Positions 41,072 through 51,144 of a stretch of DNA of 64,000 nt are shown here, piece after piece. How positions within the stretch are numbered: position 1 is the stretch's first letter; the number at the start of each line of letters is the position of its first letter. Source of the DNA: Terriglobia bacterium (GTDB lineage Bacteria > Acidobacteriota > Terriglobia > 20CM-2-55-15). The stretch covers positions 256,001 to 320,000 of the forward strand of contig CBDAOY010000005.1 in NCBI GenBank assembly GCA_965198225.1, in the 5' to 3' direction. The notes below the pieces were generated by a model. It worked only from the letters and a program-made list of their open reading frames with translations, did not search any database and was not told where the DNA came from. The position numbers and the translations under genes are program-made.

Positions 41072-41824
41072 CTAACCTGTCGCATCATCGACTCTGCTCA
41101 GCCACGGAAAGTCGATCAAACCGCCTCGGACCAGCAACTCGGCATGTTGGAACTGCTGTCGGTCGTCGATGGACATCGAACGGAGTTCAGGCATCTCATA
41201 CAAGAGGTGGCGTCCTTCGCGCCAGGATTCGCCCTGCGCTCGCACAAACTCCGCTCGCCATAGGTAAAGTGAACCGTTGATGCGGTAAACGGGAGGAACA
41301 TCCTGCCTTCGGTCAAACTGTATGCCGTCGCTCGCGATATCGGCCATGAACCCTTCGCGCTCGACGACACAATGCCAGATCGGATTGAAGGGAGGCTGAG
41401 ACACGCCGATAATGCCGTCAGCTTCGGGTTCGGCCCTCAGCCTGGCCAAAGCCTGCGTGACGTCGTCCCTCACGCGGGCGGGCGAAGTCGGGTCCAATAA
41501 CAACACCAAATCGTACCGGCCGCCTTCCTCTTGTTCCATGGTACAGAGCGCGTGCCGGATGACGGGCCACATCGGGGTGGTATCTTCGGCCAAGGTCGCC
41601 GGTCTTGTGAAAGGAACCTCAGCGTCGAAATCCCGGGCGATGGCCGCGATTTCGGCGGAATCGGTGGAGACGATCAAGCGATCGATCTCCGGACACATCT
41701 TCGCGAACAAGATCGAATGGACGACCAGCGGCAGTCCGAGGAAACTCCGGGTGTTTTTGCCTGGAAGAGCCTTCGAGCCGCCTCGGGCGGGTATGACCGC
41801 CAGTAGGTCGTGACTCGAAGTCAT
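41072..41824 (-). CDS. neuA: Acylneuraminate cytidylyltransferase
   Basis: IPARGGSKALPGKN, VSTDS and PTSP motifs. Confidence 0.88.
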   Translation of the reverse strand: MTSSHDLLAVIPARGGSKALPGKNTRSFLGLPLVVHSILFAKMCPEIDRLIVSTDSAEIAAIARDFDAEVPFTRPATLAEDTTPMWPVIRHALCTMEQEEGGRYDLVLLLDPTSPARVRDDVTQALARLRAEPEADGIIGVSQPPFNPIWHCVVEREGFMADIASDGIQFDRRQDVPPVYRINGSLYLWRAEFVRAQGESWREGRHLLYEMPELRSMSIDDRQQFQHAELLVRGGLIDFPWLSRVDDATG

Positions 41825-42867
41825 GAATAAGCTACCGCAGCGGCGGAATGGTCTTCGGAGGCCCGACGGGCCGAATCGCAGACCGCGAGTGCGTTCACCC
41901 CATCCGCGCCAGTAGCCAGTCTCGGGTCGACCTGGGCGGTGTGAGTATTGAAAAACGCTCGATCCTGCAGCGCGAACAAGTCGTCATGCCGCTCAGGATG
42001 AGAGCTTTGCTCAAACCCGTCCGGTCTGGTCAGCCGGACCGTACCCTCGATTGCATCCCACTCGAGTACGCCGTCCTGTCCGAACGCCGTCGTGTTACGT
42101 CTCGGGGGGCGCGTCAGGTAATCCAGATCGATAGACACCAGGCAGCCGTCGGAGACCTCCCAGTTCAATTGCGCGACTTCGTCCGATTCGATGCCGAGCC
42201 GGCCGAGATTCCTGATCCTTGCTTCCACCGCGTCCGGCCAGCCGAAAAGCCATGTCGCGTAGTCGATCTCATGGATGAGATCGCGCAAGACCCCACCTTG
42301 TTCGGGCTGCGCAGAATAACTTTCCCGGTACGGACGGTTGGTCCTCCAATCGGGCAGAAACGATCCACATTCAATACCGACCCTGTGGATTGAACCGATA
42401 GCAGAGAGCTGCGACCGGAACCGGTCGAGTGATTCGGAGAATCTCAACTGGCAACCCACGAACACGCTTCGCTCGGCGCCGGAAGCGGCTCGGACCAACT
42501 CGGCGGCGGAACACGATGTGCTCGAGATTGGTTTCTCGATCAACACGTCGAGGCCGGCCTCGATTGCGAAATGCGCGTCGGCAGCGTGTTGGTCCGTATT
42601 CGTCGCGACGATACAGAGCCCGGCTCCCAGGTCAGCGGCTTCCTTCACGCTCCGAGCCGTCCGGTAACCCAGCGTATCCAGTTCACTACGTCGTCCTGGT
42701 CGTTTAGGTATGGCGATAGGACAGACATGCTCCATCTGCGCCAAGACGGACATATGCCTCATACCGGCGCTGCCCGTACCCTGTACTGCCACGTACTGAT
42801 CCTGCGATTCGCTCAATGAACTGCTTCTAGACTCGACAGTCGAAAACGATCGGTCGGTAGACGGCAA
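41821..42867 (-). CDS. Gfo/Idh/MocA oxidoreductase
   Basis: GTGSAG, EKP and GGVLRDLIHEIDY motifs. Confidence 0.8.
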   Translation of the reverse strand: MPSTDRSFSTVESRSSSLSESQDQYVAVQGTGSAGMRHMSVLAQMEHVCPIAIPKRPGRRSELDTLGYRTARSVKEAADLGAGLCIVATNTDQHAADAHFAIEAGLDVLIEKPISSTSCSAAELVRAASGAERSVFVGCQLRFSESLDRFRSQLSAIGSIHRVGIECGSFLPDWRTNRPYRESYSAQPEQGGVLRDLIHEIDYATWLFGWPDAVEARIRNLGRLGIESDEVAQLNWEVSDGCLVSIDLDYLTRPPRRNTTAFGQDGVLEWDAIEGTVRLTRPDGFEQSSHPERHDDLFALQDRAFFNTHTAQVDPRLATGADGVNALAVCDSARRASEDHSAAAVAYS

Positions 42868-42876
42868 AGCGAAGAT

Positions 42877-43875
42877 TCAAGCCATCCCGTAACCGAACAG
42901 ATCTTCCGCATGTCTGGTCAGGGTGGCCGCATCCTTCAAAGTAGGCAGAGAGACAAGTCTTGTCAGATCCGGTTTCAGCATCGTCGCCACCTGTTCCGCA
43001 ATCCCATGCTTGACCCCAGGCGCGAATACAACGAGCGGCAATTCTTCCCAATCGCCGCGAGCTGACTTCTTTCGAAAAGCCCTTTCGAGCGGACACAATC
43101 GATACGACGCCAGGGCCGAATGCACTTCGATAGACCACCGGCTCTTGGAACGCCAGTCAGCGTGGTAGGAAAAAGGAATCCCGGCCGCGGTAATTCCACT
43201 GCCGACGAAAACGTCCCCAGCCGGATGCCACTCCAATTCCCCGGAGCTGTATCCTTTCCATCGCTCAGGCATTCCGATCAATCCGTAGGCCATGCCAATC
43301 ACGTGGAGGCTGTTGGCGATTCCCCACCGAGATAGTTCTACGGGCGGAAACCTCTCAACCCAATCGGCCTGAACCATCTCCGTAAAGGTATAAGTGCACG
43401 ACCGGATCCCCCCCTCTTCAGCAGCTTGCGCCGCGACTTCAAGGAAGGAGGGGTAGGCCAGTCGGTTATAGGCACACCGCACGTTTATCCCTTTCTTTTC
43501 CGCCTTCGCCCCCAGAGAGTCGATCACGTCCGATTGGTAAAACACCGGTTTCTCGATCAGGATGTCCCGGAACCCGAGTGACAGCAGTCGTTCCGCCGCG
43601 GCGACCGTTACCGCTGTCGGGGTCGCGACGATTCCCAACTCGCCCGGCTCCGCGTCTTGACTCAGCCGCTCAAAACCACCGGACACGACCTGGACCTTTC
43701 CAGGGTCCTCAGGAATCGCATGGTCGGACCGCGTGCAGATCCGGATGCGTCCCACCCCTAGGGCCTTCAGGGCGTCGAGGAAATGCCGCCCCATGTAGCC
43801 AAAGCCGACCAGTGTGATCGGACGGGAAGAAAAGTCGACCGTCGAAATGAGCTCGGCTACGCGTTCGGAAGACAC
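42877..43875 (-). CDS. Gfo/Idh/MocA oxidoreductase
   Basis: GFGYMG and ILIEKP motifs; GTG start with a GGAGG RBS. Confidence 0.75.
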   Translation of the reverse strand: MSSERVAELISTVDFSSRPITLVGFGYMGRHFLDALKALGVGRIRICTRSDHAIPEDPGKVQVVSGGFERLSQDAEPGELGIVATPTAVTVAAAERLLSLGFRDILIEKPVFYQSDVIDSLGAKAEKKGINVRCAYNRLAYPSFLEVAAQAAEEGGIRSCTYTFTEMVQADWVERFPPVELSRWGIANSLHVIGMAYGLIGMPERWKGYSSGELEWHPAGDVFVGSGITAAGIPFSYHADWRSKSRWSIEVHSALASYRLCPLERAFRKKSARGDWEELPLVVFAPGVKHGIAEQVATMLKPDLTRLVSLPTLKDAATLTRHAEDLFGYGMA

Positions 43876-43924
43876 GGACCTCCGACTGCGATGACGCCCG
43901 ATAAAACCCGGCGGGCGGCGTGAA

Positions 43925-44914
43925 TCAGGTAACCGGACACCTCGTCTGCGGCGCACCAAGTAACTTGTCGAAATGGGGTTGCAGGGAGGTCAAGATAAAC
44001 CGATGGGCTGGAAAACTTTCCTTCAACGTAGGCAGATCACACCGGCCTTCGGTCAGGATGTCCTTAGCAAAAATACGGGTCATGCGACTGGCAAGCAGGT
44101 CACTTTCGAACGGAATTCGTGTCCAGGCCCAACCGGCGTCGGGAGTACTCTCGTAGAAGGTTCCCGTGAGGTCCTCGACGATAGCGCGGTAACTTCCCGT
44201 GACGAGCGAAAAATAGAGCGGAGCGTCGTGCTCTGCTGAAGAGCACAGAACAAACTTGCTTCCCTTTTCGTTCGACCCGTAGATGGCCCCGCTCAGGTCA
44301 AACACATCGTTGCCACGTTTCGAGGGCCGAAGGACCAGATCGACTTGCTGTCCAGCACACTCGATCGAGCCGGATCCATCGTAGAAAAGGAAAAGGTCCG
44401 CCGCATGCACGCCGACCGTCGCAAGACCATAGTTCCCACCGACTGCAGTAAAAGCCACGGGGAGCTCTGGATCCAAATTGTGCTTAACTCGTTTGAAGGA
44501 CTCGTGAGCCCGTCTTGGGCAATTTACCCATATCGACAACGCCTTGCCTTCGGCACACTCCATCAGGTTTTCGTAATCCCCCACTGACTGGGCCACGATC
44601 TTTTCCAGCAGGAAGGACGAATACCCGAGCTGGTTGGCGACGTCGCGAACCACCTGGCATCGCACGTCCGCCTGAGTCGCGACGATACAGAGATCGCCGT
44701 CCCTGGACGCGTCACTGAGGGATCGCAACCAACGGAAGGTGATTCCCGCTTGCCTGTCGGGAACCTCGGCAACGCGATCCCGGCCCTTCTGCAACCCGTC
44801 CGGGCGGGGTTCGACCACTTCCACTTCAAGCACCTGAGGCACGGCGGCAATCGCCTGCAGGTGCCGGTTTCCGATTTCGCCGCAACCGACGATCAGGACA
44901 CGTTTGGATTGCAT
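43925..44914 (-). CDS. Gfo/Idh/MocA oxidoreductase
   Basis: MQSKRVLIVGCGEIGNRHLQ, LEK and WVNCPRR motifs. Confidence 0.75.
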   Translation of the reverse strand: MQSKRVLIVGCGEIGNRHLQAIAAVPQVLEVEVVEPRPDGLQKGRDRVAEVPDRQAGITFRWLRSLSDASRDGDLCIVATQADVRCQVVRDVANQLGYSSFLLEKIVAQSVGDYENLMECAEGKALSIWVNCPRRAHESFKRVKHNLDPELPVAFTAVGGNYGLATVGVHAADLFLFYDGSGSIECAGQQVDLVLRPSKRGNDVFDLSGAIYGSNEKGSKFVLCSSAEHDAPLYFSLVTGSYRAIVEDLTGTFYESTPDAGWAWTRIPFESDLLASRMTRIFAKDILTEGRCDLPTLKESFPAHRFILTSLQPHFDKLLGAPQTRCPVT

Positions 44915-44918
44915 GCCG

Positions 44919-46298
44919 CTACAAGAGTGTCGATGACAGCTCGCCTGAGGTATCGGCGCCACTGGCGGACGCCGAGGACCGTTGAACGCGGACGGACACC
45001 TCGCGTAAGACCTGGTTGATGCTCGGGTTGGGGGGCCGATCGAAGAGTCGCGGCTTGAACATCCGAGGATCGTAGGATCCATCTTTCTCGATCCATCCGA
45101 TTCCTGCGGAGGTTCCGTCAGCGAACCGTGGATTCCTGTGGTTCTTCGAGAAGGCGACAAAACCGATGACCGGCACGTGATCGCAGCTGGCGCTGGCAAC
45201 CCGTAGTGAGTTCGAGGCAGGTCCAGCCACAGCCGCGTAGTCACAGACGATTTCGCGCAACGCGCAGTCGCTGCCGACGATCTGAGCCGGAATTCCCGCT
45301 TCGGCTAGGTAATCCCTCAACCGGTATGGCCACTTCCCGCTCTCACGCGGATGCAGCCTTAGATGCACGTTGTTGGCCCCCGTCTCATCCATCACGGTTT
45401 TTGTGTCCCGACGATAAAAGTCCAGGAACACTTCGGGGATGAAGTCCTCATCCGTGAATACGCTCAGCGGCGAGAGAATCGCACCGGTTCTGGGAACCTC
45501 ACCGGAACAGCGACAGTTCCCGTGGGATGGGTGCTCGGCCACACGGACTTCGGTCTCCTCAAACAGTGCGTCGTGCGCTCTGGCTTCGAGCTCGTCGACG
45601 AAGATGACAGCGTCCGACCTGCCGCAACCGACATGCGTCAGGCGGTCAAGAGGGCGTAACCGGAACGTCCGGCGCAGGAAGATCGACGGCAGCAGAACCC
45701 GCGCGTAGTATTCGAGGATCGGCCGAACGAGCCTTCGCGCACGCGCCCACAGTAGACGACGGGTCTTCAAGGCGAGGATCGACATGCTGTCCTTACGGAG
45801 CCTCTCGATCAGCTTCCAGCCGGAGAAGCCCTGCCGCATTCGACGACCGGCCCTCGGAGAAGCTTCCTCACCGAGAAGGCCGCGCGTCAGCTCCTCATTT
45901 CTGAACAGGTACGTGGCCTGAGGCCAATATGTCACCCGGACGCAAGCATCCGAGGCCACGCATTCGAACATGCAACGTTCGATCAGCTCCTCTTCCGTGC
46001 CGGCCAGCATCAGATCAAACTCGTACGATCGCAGTTCCTGGAGGTGCCGCCGGAGATACCAGACGACTCTCAACCGGTCGCCGAAACCCGGAGCCAGCCA
46101 GTACCGGCGGACGACGCCGGAGTCACGGAGCGATTTCATGGATTCCAGCACGATGTTCCGGGTATGGAAATCTCTGAGGAGCACGTAGACTTCGTACTCT
46201 TCCGCCAGGCGGGGAAGAAGCGGGACGATCTCTTCGTGCAACGTGTACGCGTTGCTCCAGACCACCAGGACCCGGGGTTTCAAATTGGGGGCAGACAT
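44919..46298 (-). CDS. Hypothetical glycan-biosynthesis protein (possible GT-B nonulosonate transferase)
   Basis: Long co-oriented ORF in the neu cluster with an LHPRE motif; family not recognised. Confidence 0.45.
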   Translation of the reverse strand: MSAPNLKPRVLVVWSNAYTLHEEIVPLLPRLAEEYEVYVLLRDFHTRNIVLESMKSLRDSGVVRRYWLAPGFGDRLRVVWYLRRHLQELRSYEFDLMLAGTEEELIERCMFECVASDACVRVTYWPQATYLFRNEELTRGLLGEEASPRAGRRMRQGFSGWKLIERLRKDSMSILALKTRRLLWARARRLVRPILEYYARVLLPSIFLRRTFRLRPLDRLTHVGCGRSDAVIFVDELEARAHDALFEETEVRVAEHPSHGNCRCSGEVPRTGAILSPLSVFTDEDFIPEVFLDFYRRDTKTVMDETGANNVHLRLHPRESGKWPYRLRDYLAEAGIPAQIVGSDCALREIVCDYAAVAGPASNSLRVASASCDHVPVIGFVAFSKNHRNPRFADGTSAGIGWIEKDGSYDPRMFKPRLFDRPPNPSINQVLREVSVRVQRSSASASGADTSGELSSTLL

Positions 46299-46301
46299 CC
46301 T

Positions 46302-48173
46302 CTAGCCGTGCTCCTGTCCGCCGGACAGGACAGAGCTCTCCGCGGCATCGTCGGCGGCGTCGATTCCGTAGAGCCTGGAATAGGCCCCCCCGGTAGCCAT
46401 CAAGGTCTCATGCGTGCCGCGCTCGAGCACTCGACCCGAATCCAGCACGAAGATCTGGTCGGCCTGACGGATCGTGCTCAGGCGATGCGCGATGACGAGT
46501 ATGATCGCGTGGTCCCGTAGGGTGGTGATCGTGTCGTACACCACTTTCTCGGTCCGGTTGTCCAGCGCGCTGGTGGCTTCGTCCAGGACCAGGATATCCG
46601 GTCTTCGCAGCAGCGCCCTTGCGATGGCGATTCGTTGACGCTGCCCTCCCGACAACGCAATTCCTCTGTCCCCGATCGGGGTATCGAAACCATCCGGAAG
46701 GCCAGACACGAAGTCGTAGACGTCTGCAAGCTTAGCCGCACGGACGAGCTCTTCCTCCGCAGTATCTGACGTCCAGACGATGATGTTGTCGCGTATGGAC
46801 GCGTTGAAAAGGAACGCGTCCTGCGGCACGTACCCGATGCGTTTTCGCCAGGAACCGAGGTCGATTTCCCGGAGATCCTCGCCATCGATCAGGATTCGGC
46901 CGGACGTGGGCCTATGAAGACCGAGGACCAGGTCCGCAATCGTACTCTTTCCCGCACCGGTGGCCCCGACGACTGCGCTGATCGTCCCCCGTGGAAGGGT
47001 CATTTCGATCCCGTGCAGAGCAGGGTTGTCCGCCCTCGAAGCGTAGACAAAGCCCACATCTTCGAACCTCATCTCCTCGACCGTCTGGATCGGCTTGCTC
47101 CCTCGTTCTTCCGCGACCGTCCGGTTCAGTATTTCGTCGATCACCTCGACGCTTTTCCGCGACACATTCAGCTCGACCATCGCGGTGTTGATGCTCGCCA
47201 CCGCCGGACTCACCCTTCGGATCGCGAGCAGGAAGGCGGTCAGCGTCGGGAAGCCCATCCCGAGCGAGGGGTACAGAAACGTGGCCGCACCGAGAAGGAG
47301 CACGACTACTGCTGCCGCCGCTTCGTTCAGGAAAGTCGGCGCGTGCCGGAAGAGTGTCAACCGCATTGTGGGTACGACTTCGGCAAGCAACAGTCCCTGA
47401 TGCCGTTCTACGATCGAAGGCTCCAGACCTTCAGCCTTGACGACTCGCAGACCGTCGATCGCGTCGCCTTCGACTTTCTTCTGATTCCCCTGCAGAGAAT
47501 AAATCGTCCGTCCGTGGGCGTCAGCCTTTCGATCCATAAGCTTTCTCAGTCCCCGAACACCGACGGCAACCAGCAGACCGATCACGAGAGTCGCCCACCA
47601 GGACAGGTACAACATCAGGCCGAGCATCAGGACGCTGTTGAATATCCCGGTGAACAAGACTCCGAGCTTGCGGATCGTAGAGTAAGCCGCGTCGGCCGGC
47701 ACGTTGATATCGTGCAGTGTTTCCTCACGATTCCTCGCCGAAGCGTTCTCGTAGCGAGCGTACAGAAGCCTTTCGAACAACGAAGATTTCATTTCTCGAC
47801 GGAGCCGGTGCGCGATCGCTGCCGTGAGGTACTGGTGCAGAAGAGAAAACCCACCGCTGAGGAGGAAAAGCAACACCGCCACAGCCAGCACCGCCAGTAT
47901 CGCAACGTTGAGGTCTCCCGAAGACCCGAGCGACCGAAGGACTCCGGTGGCGATATTCAGAACGGGGTTGTCTGCTGCTTCATCCGCGCTGGTTATGGCG
48001 TCGATGATCGGCACCGTCAGTCCGATCGTTGCCGTCTCGAGTCCCGCGGCGGTGGCCATGAGTGCGGCGATGAGGAACGCCACCCAGAAATGGGGACGGA
48101 TGATGATTCGCCAGTAGAAGGCGATCGTGCCCGTTTCTGCAGAAGCAGGCCGGTTATCGCTCATTGGAAGCAT
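46302..48173 (-). CDS. ABC transporter permease/ATPase (MsbA/PglK-like flippase)
   Basis: TM domain plus GATGAGKST, LSGGQRQRIAIARA and DEATSALD. Confidence 0.85.
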   Translation of the reverse strand: MLPMSDNRPASAETGTIAFYWRIIIRPHFWVAFLIAALMATAAGLETATIGLTVPIIDAITSADEAADNPVLNIATGVLRSLGSSGDLNVAILAVLAVAVLLFLLSGGFSLLHQYLTAAIAHRLRREMKSSLFERLLYARYENASARNREETLHDINVPADAAYSTIRKLGVLFTGIFNSVLMLGLMLYLSWWATLVIGLLVAVGVRGLRKLMDRKADAHGRTIYSLQGNQKKVEGDAIDGLRVVKAEGLEPSIVERHQGLLLAEVVPTMRLTLFRHAPTFLNEAAAAVVVLLLGAATFLYPSLGMGFPTLTAFLLAIRRVSPAVASINTAMVELNVSRKSVEVIDEILNRTVAEERGSKPIQTVEEMRFEDVGFVYASRADNPALHGIEMTLPRGTISAVVGATGAGKSTIADLVLGLHRPTSGRILIDGEDLREIDLGSWRKRIGYVPQDAFLFNASIRDNIIVWTSDTAEEELVRAAKLADVYDFVSGLPDGFDTPIGDRGIALSGGQRQRIAIARALLRRPDILVLDEATSALDNRTEKVVYDTITTLRDHAIILVIAHRLSTIRQADQIFVLDSGRVLERGTHETLMATGGAYSRLYGIDAADDAAESSVLSGGQEHG

Positions 48174-48285
48174 GGCTGGAGGTCGAATGGCAACGAAGTT
48201 TCTAGGTCGAAGAACGGAGGATCGAGTCTGTCAAAGCCCCGACTCGTCCGCGATCCGCTCAGAAAGGTAGCGCCGCGGACTACGA

Positions 48286-49428
48286 TCAAGCGAAGTATGA
48301 CTCCACCGCTTCGGCCGCGTATTCGATGTCGTCATCGGACAGGTACTGGTGAACGCCGAAGTGTAGACCCGTACGCCCGATACGTTCCGCAACCGGAAAC
48401 TCCCCTTCACCATGGCCTAGAAAACGAAACGCGCGATGCTGGGTCGGCAGAGATCCGAACAGCGTTTTGCACTGGATTCCTCGTTGCTCCAGGCTGTCAT
48501 ATAGCTGATTCATGGGTGCCTTATCGTCGCGCAGGACGAGGGGAAACGCGTGGGGACAGATGACTTCACCGGCTCCGTCAGGATAGCGGATCAAACGGTC
48601 ATCCAGCGCCGAAAGTCTCTCGTGCAGCCGAAGCAGATGCCGGCGTCGCCGCTCGAATGTGCGATCGAAATCCTGCATGCCTTCGATGCCGATGGCCGCT
48701 TCGAGGTCGTTCATCTTCGAATTGAATCCGATGCGGTCGAAGTTGAAATACAACTCGCCACCCCGGCGCCCATGGCTGCGTATGGATCTGCACGAGTCGG
48801 CGGACTGCGGGTCATTCGCCACGACCATCCCGCCTTCGCCGCTGCAGATGATGTGCGCGGTATAAAAGCTGAAAAGACCCATGGCTCCGAATGAGCCGAC
48901 GACCTTCCCATGGAGTGTCGCCCCATGCGCCTCGCAACAGTCTTCGATCACCGTCAGGCCGTATCTCGCGGCGATGTCCAGGATGGGAGCCATGTCGCAG
49001 GGTCTGCCCATCGTGTGGACCAGTTGAATCGCCCTGGTGCGCGGCGAAATCGCTTCCTCGATGCGAGCCGGATCGATGTTGAGAGTGATCAGCTCCACAT
49101 CCACGAAACGGGGAACAAAACCTGCCGCCAGGATCACGTTGGCTGTGGACACGAACGCGAGCGCCGGCGTGATCACTTCGTCACCCCTGTCCGCACCCCG
49201 GTCGAAAAGCGCCGCCATGGCGACCATTCCCGCATCCGTGCCGGAACTGGTGGCGACGGCGTAGGGATAGCCAAACCGACTTCGAAACGCGGCCTCGAAC
49301 TCTCTGACGTTCTCACCCTCCGACACCCAGTTGCTGTCTATCGCCTTCTGGAGGTACTTGCGGGCGGTCTCGCCGATCTCGATATGACCGAATGAAACGC
49401 GGTAGTGGTCCACAGTCTTCATGCTCAC
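48286..49428 (-). CDS. DegT/DnrJ-family PLP/PMP enzyme, His-type (ColD/RfbH-like dehydratase)
   Basis: EDCCEAHGA; SFYTAHIICSGEGG has His where aminotransferases have Lys. Confidence 0.75.
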   Translation of the reverse strand: MSMKTVDHYRVSFGHIEIGETARKYLQKAIDSNWVSEGENVREFEAAFRSRFGYPYAVATSSGTDAGMVAMAALFDRGADRGDEVITPALAFVSTANVILAAGFVPRFVDVELITLNIDPARIEEAISPRTRAIQLVHTMGRPCDMAPILDIAARYGLTVIEDCCEAHGATLHGKVVGSFGAMGLFSFYTAHIICSGEGGMVVANDPQSADSCRSIRSHGRRGGELYFNFDRIGFNSKMNDLEAAIGIEGMQDFDRTFERRRRHLLRLHERLSALDDRLIRYPDGAGEVICPHAFPLVLRDDKAPMNQLYDSLEQRGIQCKTLFGSLPTQHRAFRFLGHGEGEFPVAERIGRTGLHFGVHQYLSDDDIEYAAEAVESYFA

Positions 49429-49440
49429 TACAACCGAGTA

Positions 49441-49578
49441 CTAGCAGGCTGCTGAAAAACTCTCCGAACAGGTGCTGAAAGGACGTTTCCAGCGATTTGT
49501 TCGACCAAGAGTCAATGACTTATGGGCGCAGTTGACGCTTCCGGAGTCCGTCAAAATCGTTTTTCAGCACCCTGCTAG
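49441..49578. mobile_element. MITE 1 (CTAG-flanked)
   Basis: TIRs ctagcaggctgctgaaaaac / gtttttcagcaccctgctag. Confidence 0.8.
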
Positions 49579-49849
49579 TGACCTGTAACAGTGCTATCGG
49601 TACCAGCGTTCGGCGGAACGGCGTCGGATTCTAGGAGTGACGCTCGAGCCAATGCTGTTTCATTGCGAGGGCGTTACGACACCGAAGACGGCGCCGCTCC
49701 GCCGAACCCTTCGGGCCGATGGGGGTTGCGGGCGATCTCTTTGTCGGAAGCCGTCACCGATGAAAGAGCATCGCTTTCCGTCTCCCTCCTCGACCTCGCC
49801 CGCAAGACCCATCGGCGATGGTGCCGATAGCACTGTTTCAGGCCACTAG
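49575..49849. mobile_element. MITE 2 (CTAG-flanked, about 34-bp TIRs, internal hairpins)
   Basis: ctagtgacctgtaacagtgctatcggtaccagcg versus cgatggtgccgatagcactgtttcaggccactag; shares its left CTAG with MITE 1. Confidence 0.75.
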
Positions 49850-49867
49850 CCATTCTGAGGGGCCTGC

Positions 49868-50809
49868 CTATACGTTGGACAGAGAGGCTCTGCCGAGCGT
49901 CTGGTAGCCCTTGATCAGTTCCTGGATTCCGTCGTCCAGGCCCCGTATGGCTTCGAAGCCCGCCTCCCGGAGACGTTGATTCGAGACGATGTAGTTGCGT
50001 TTGTCGGGATCGCTGCCGATCGGCGCAAAATGGATGTAGAAACTCGGTAGATACTCTTTGACTTTGTTCGCGAGCTCCTCTTTCGAGAGGTTCGCGTCAT
50101 CCAGGCCTGCATTGTAGGGTCTGCCCACCATGCTGCCGGCATTTTCAATGCAGTGAACCATGCAATCGGCCACATCGCGAATGTGGATGTAGTTCCTCTT
50201 GAAGTCCTTCTCGAATATCACGAGGTAGCCATCCGTCATCGCGGCGAGCACAAAGTGGTTCACCATCAAGTCAGTCCGCATTCGGGGAGACATTCCGAAC
50301 ACGGTAGCCAGCCGTAGCGTGATCGTGTTCTGAGAGGCCAGCAGTTCCGCCTCGGCTCGGACCTTTGTCTTCCCGTAGAGGGAGATGGGCTCGAGCGCGG
50401 CCTCCTCGGTGCAGTACGTCTCCCCGGATTTCGTGCCGTATCCGCTGTTGGTTGTGGGAAAGACGACCAACTGGCCCGGGTCACGCATCTTGTTCAACGC
50501 CTCGACGGCGCAGAAATTGACCTCCTCGGCCAACCACGGATCGCGATCGCATGCCGGCGCACCGACGAGAGCGGCCAGCGGGATCACGACATCCGCGTGG
50601 CGCACGAGAGATTGCATCAATGCCGGCTCGCGCACATCACCGCGAACAAAAGCAAAGTCCGGATTTGCGCAGAGGTGGAACAGGCTCTGTTGATTGAAGA
50701 GCAGGTTGTCGACGACCGTCACCCTGTAGCCGGCGTCGAGCAGCCGCTCCGACAGGATCGAGCCCAGGTAACCGGCGCCGCCGGTGACAAGAACACGATT
50801 CTTGCTCAT
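49868..50809 (-). CDS. NAD-dependent epimerase/dehydratase
   Basis: GGAGYLGS, YGKTK and RLATVFGMSPRMR motifs; start MSKNRV. Confidence 0.85.
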   Translation of the reverse strand: MSKNRVLVTGGAGYLGSILSERLLDAGYRVTVVDNLLFNQQSLFHLCANPDFAFVRGDVREPALMQSLVRHADVVIPLAALVGAPACDRDPWLAEEVNFCAVEALNKMRDPGQLVVFPTTNSGYGTKSGETYCTEEAALEPISLYGKTKVRAEAELLASQNTITLRLATVFGMSPRMRTDLMVNHFVLAAMTDGYLVIFEKDFKRNYIHIRDVADCMVHCIENAGSMVGRPYNAGLDDANLSKEELANKVKEYLPSFYIHFAPIGSDPDKRNYIVSNQRLREAGFEAIRGLDDGIQELIKGYQTLGRASLSNV

Positions 50810-51144
50810 TCTGAATTCCGGGTCATCTTGAAGGTACCTCTCCTCACCGACCGGTTCCTTCGGAATTCGCGCTTGCAGGGCGACACACAAATCGCCTCCC
50901 AGTTCCACCGGGCAAACATATAAGCTTATGATATAAAGGGCTTAATACCAAACACAACGACTGCCCAACTGGGGAACGGGCCGCGCCGAGGATCTCGAGG
51001 TCAGCCGGCCATGCCGCAGTTGAACGCCACCGGATGAACGTACTTTCGCACTCGCGCTTCAGGAGTATCAAACAGGCTGGTCAAATCGGGGTCGTTTCGA
51101 GGTAGCAGCCGGCCGCGTGAAAATGCCCTGAATCGCGCGTACGC

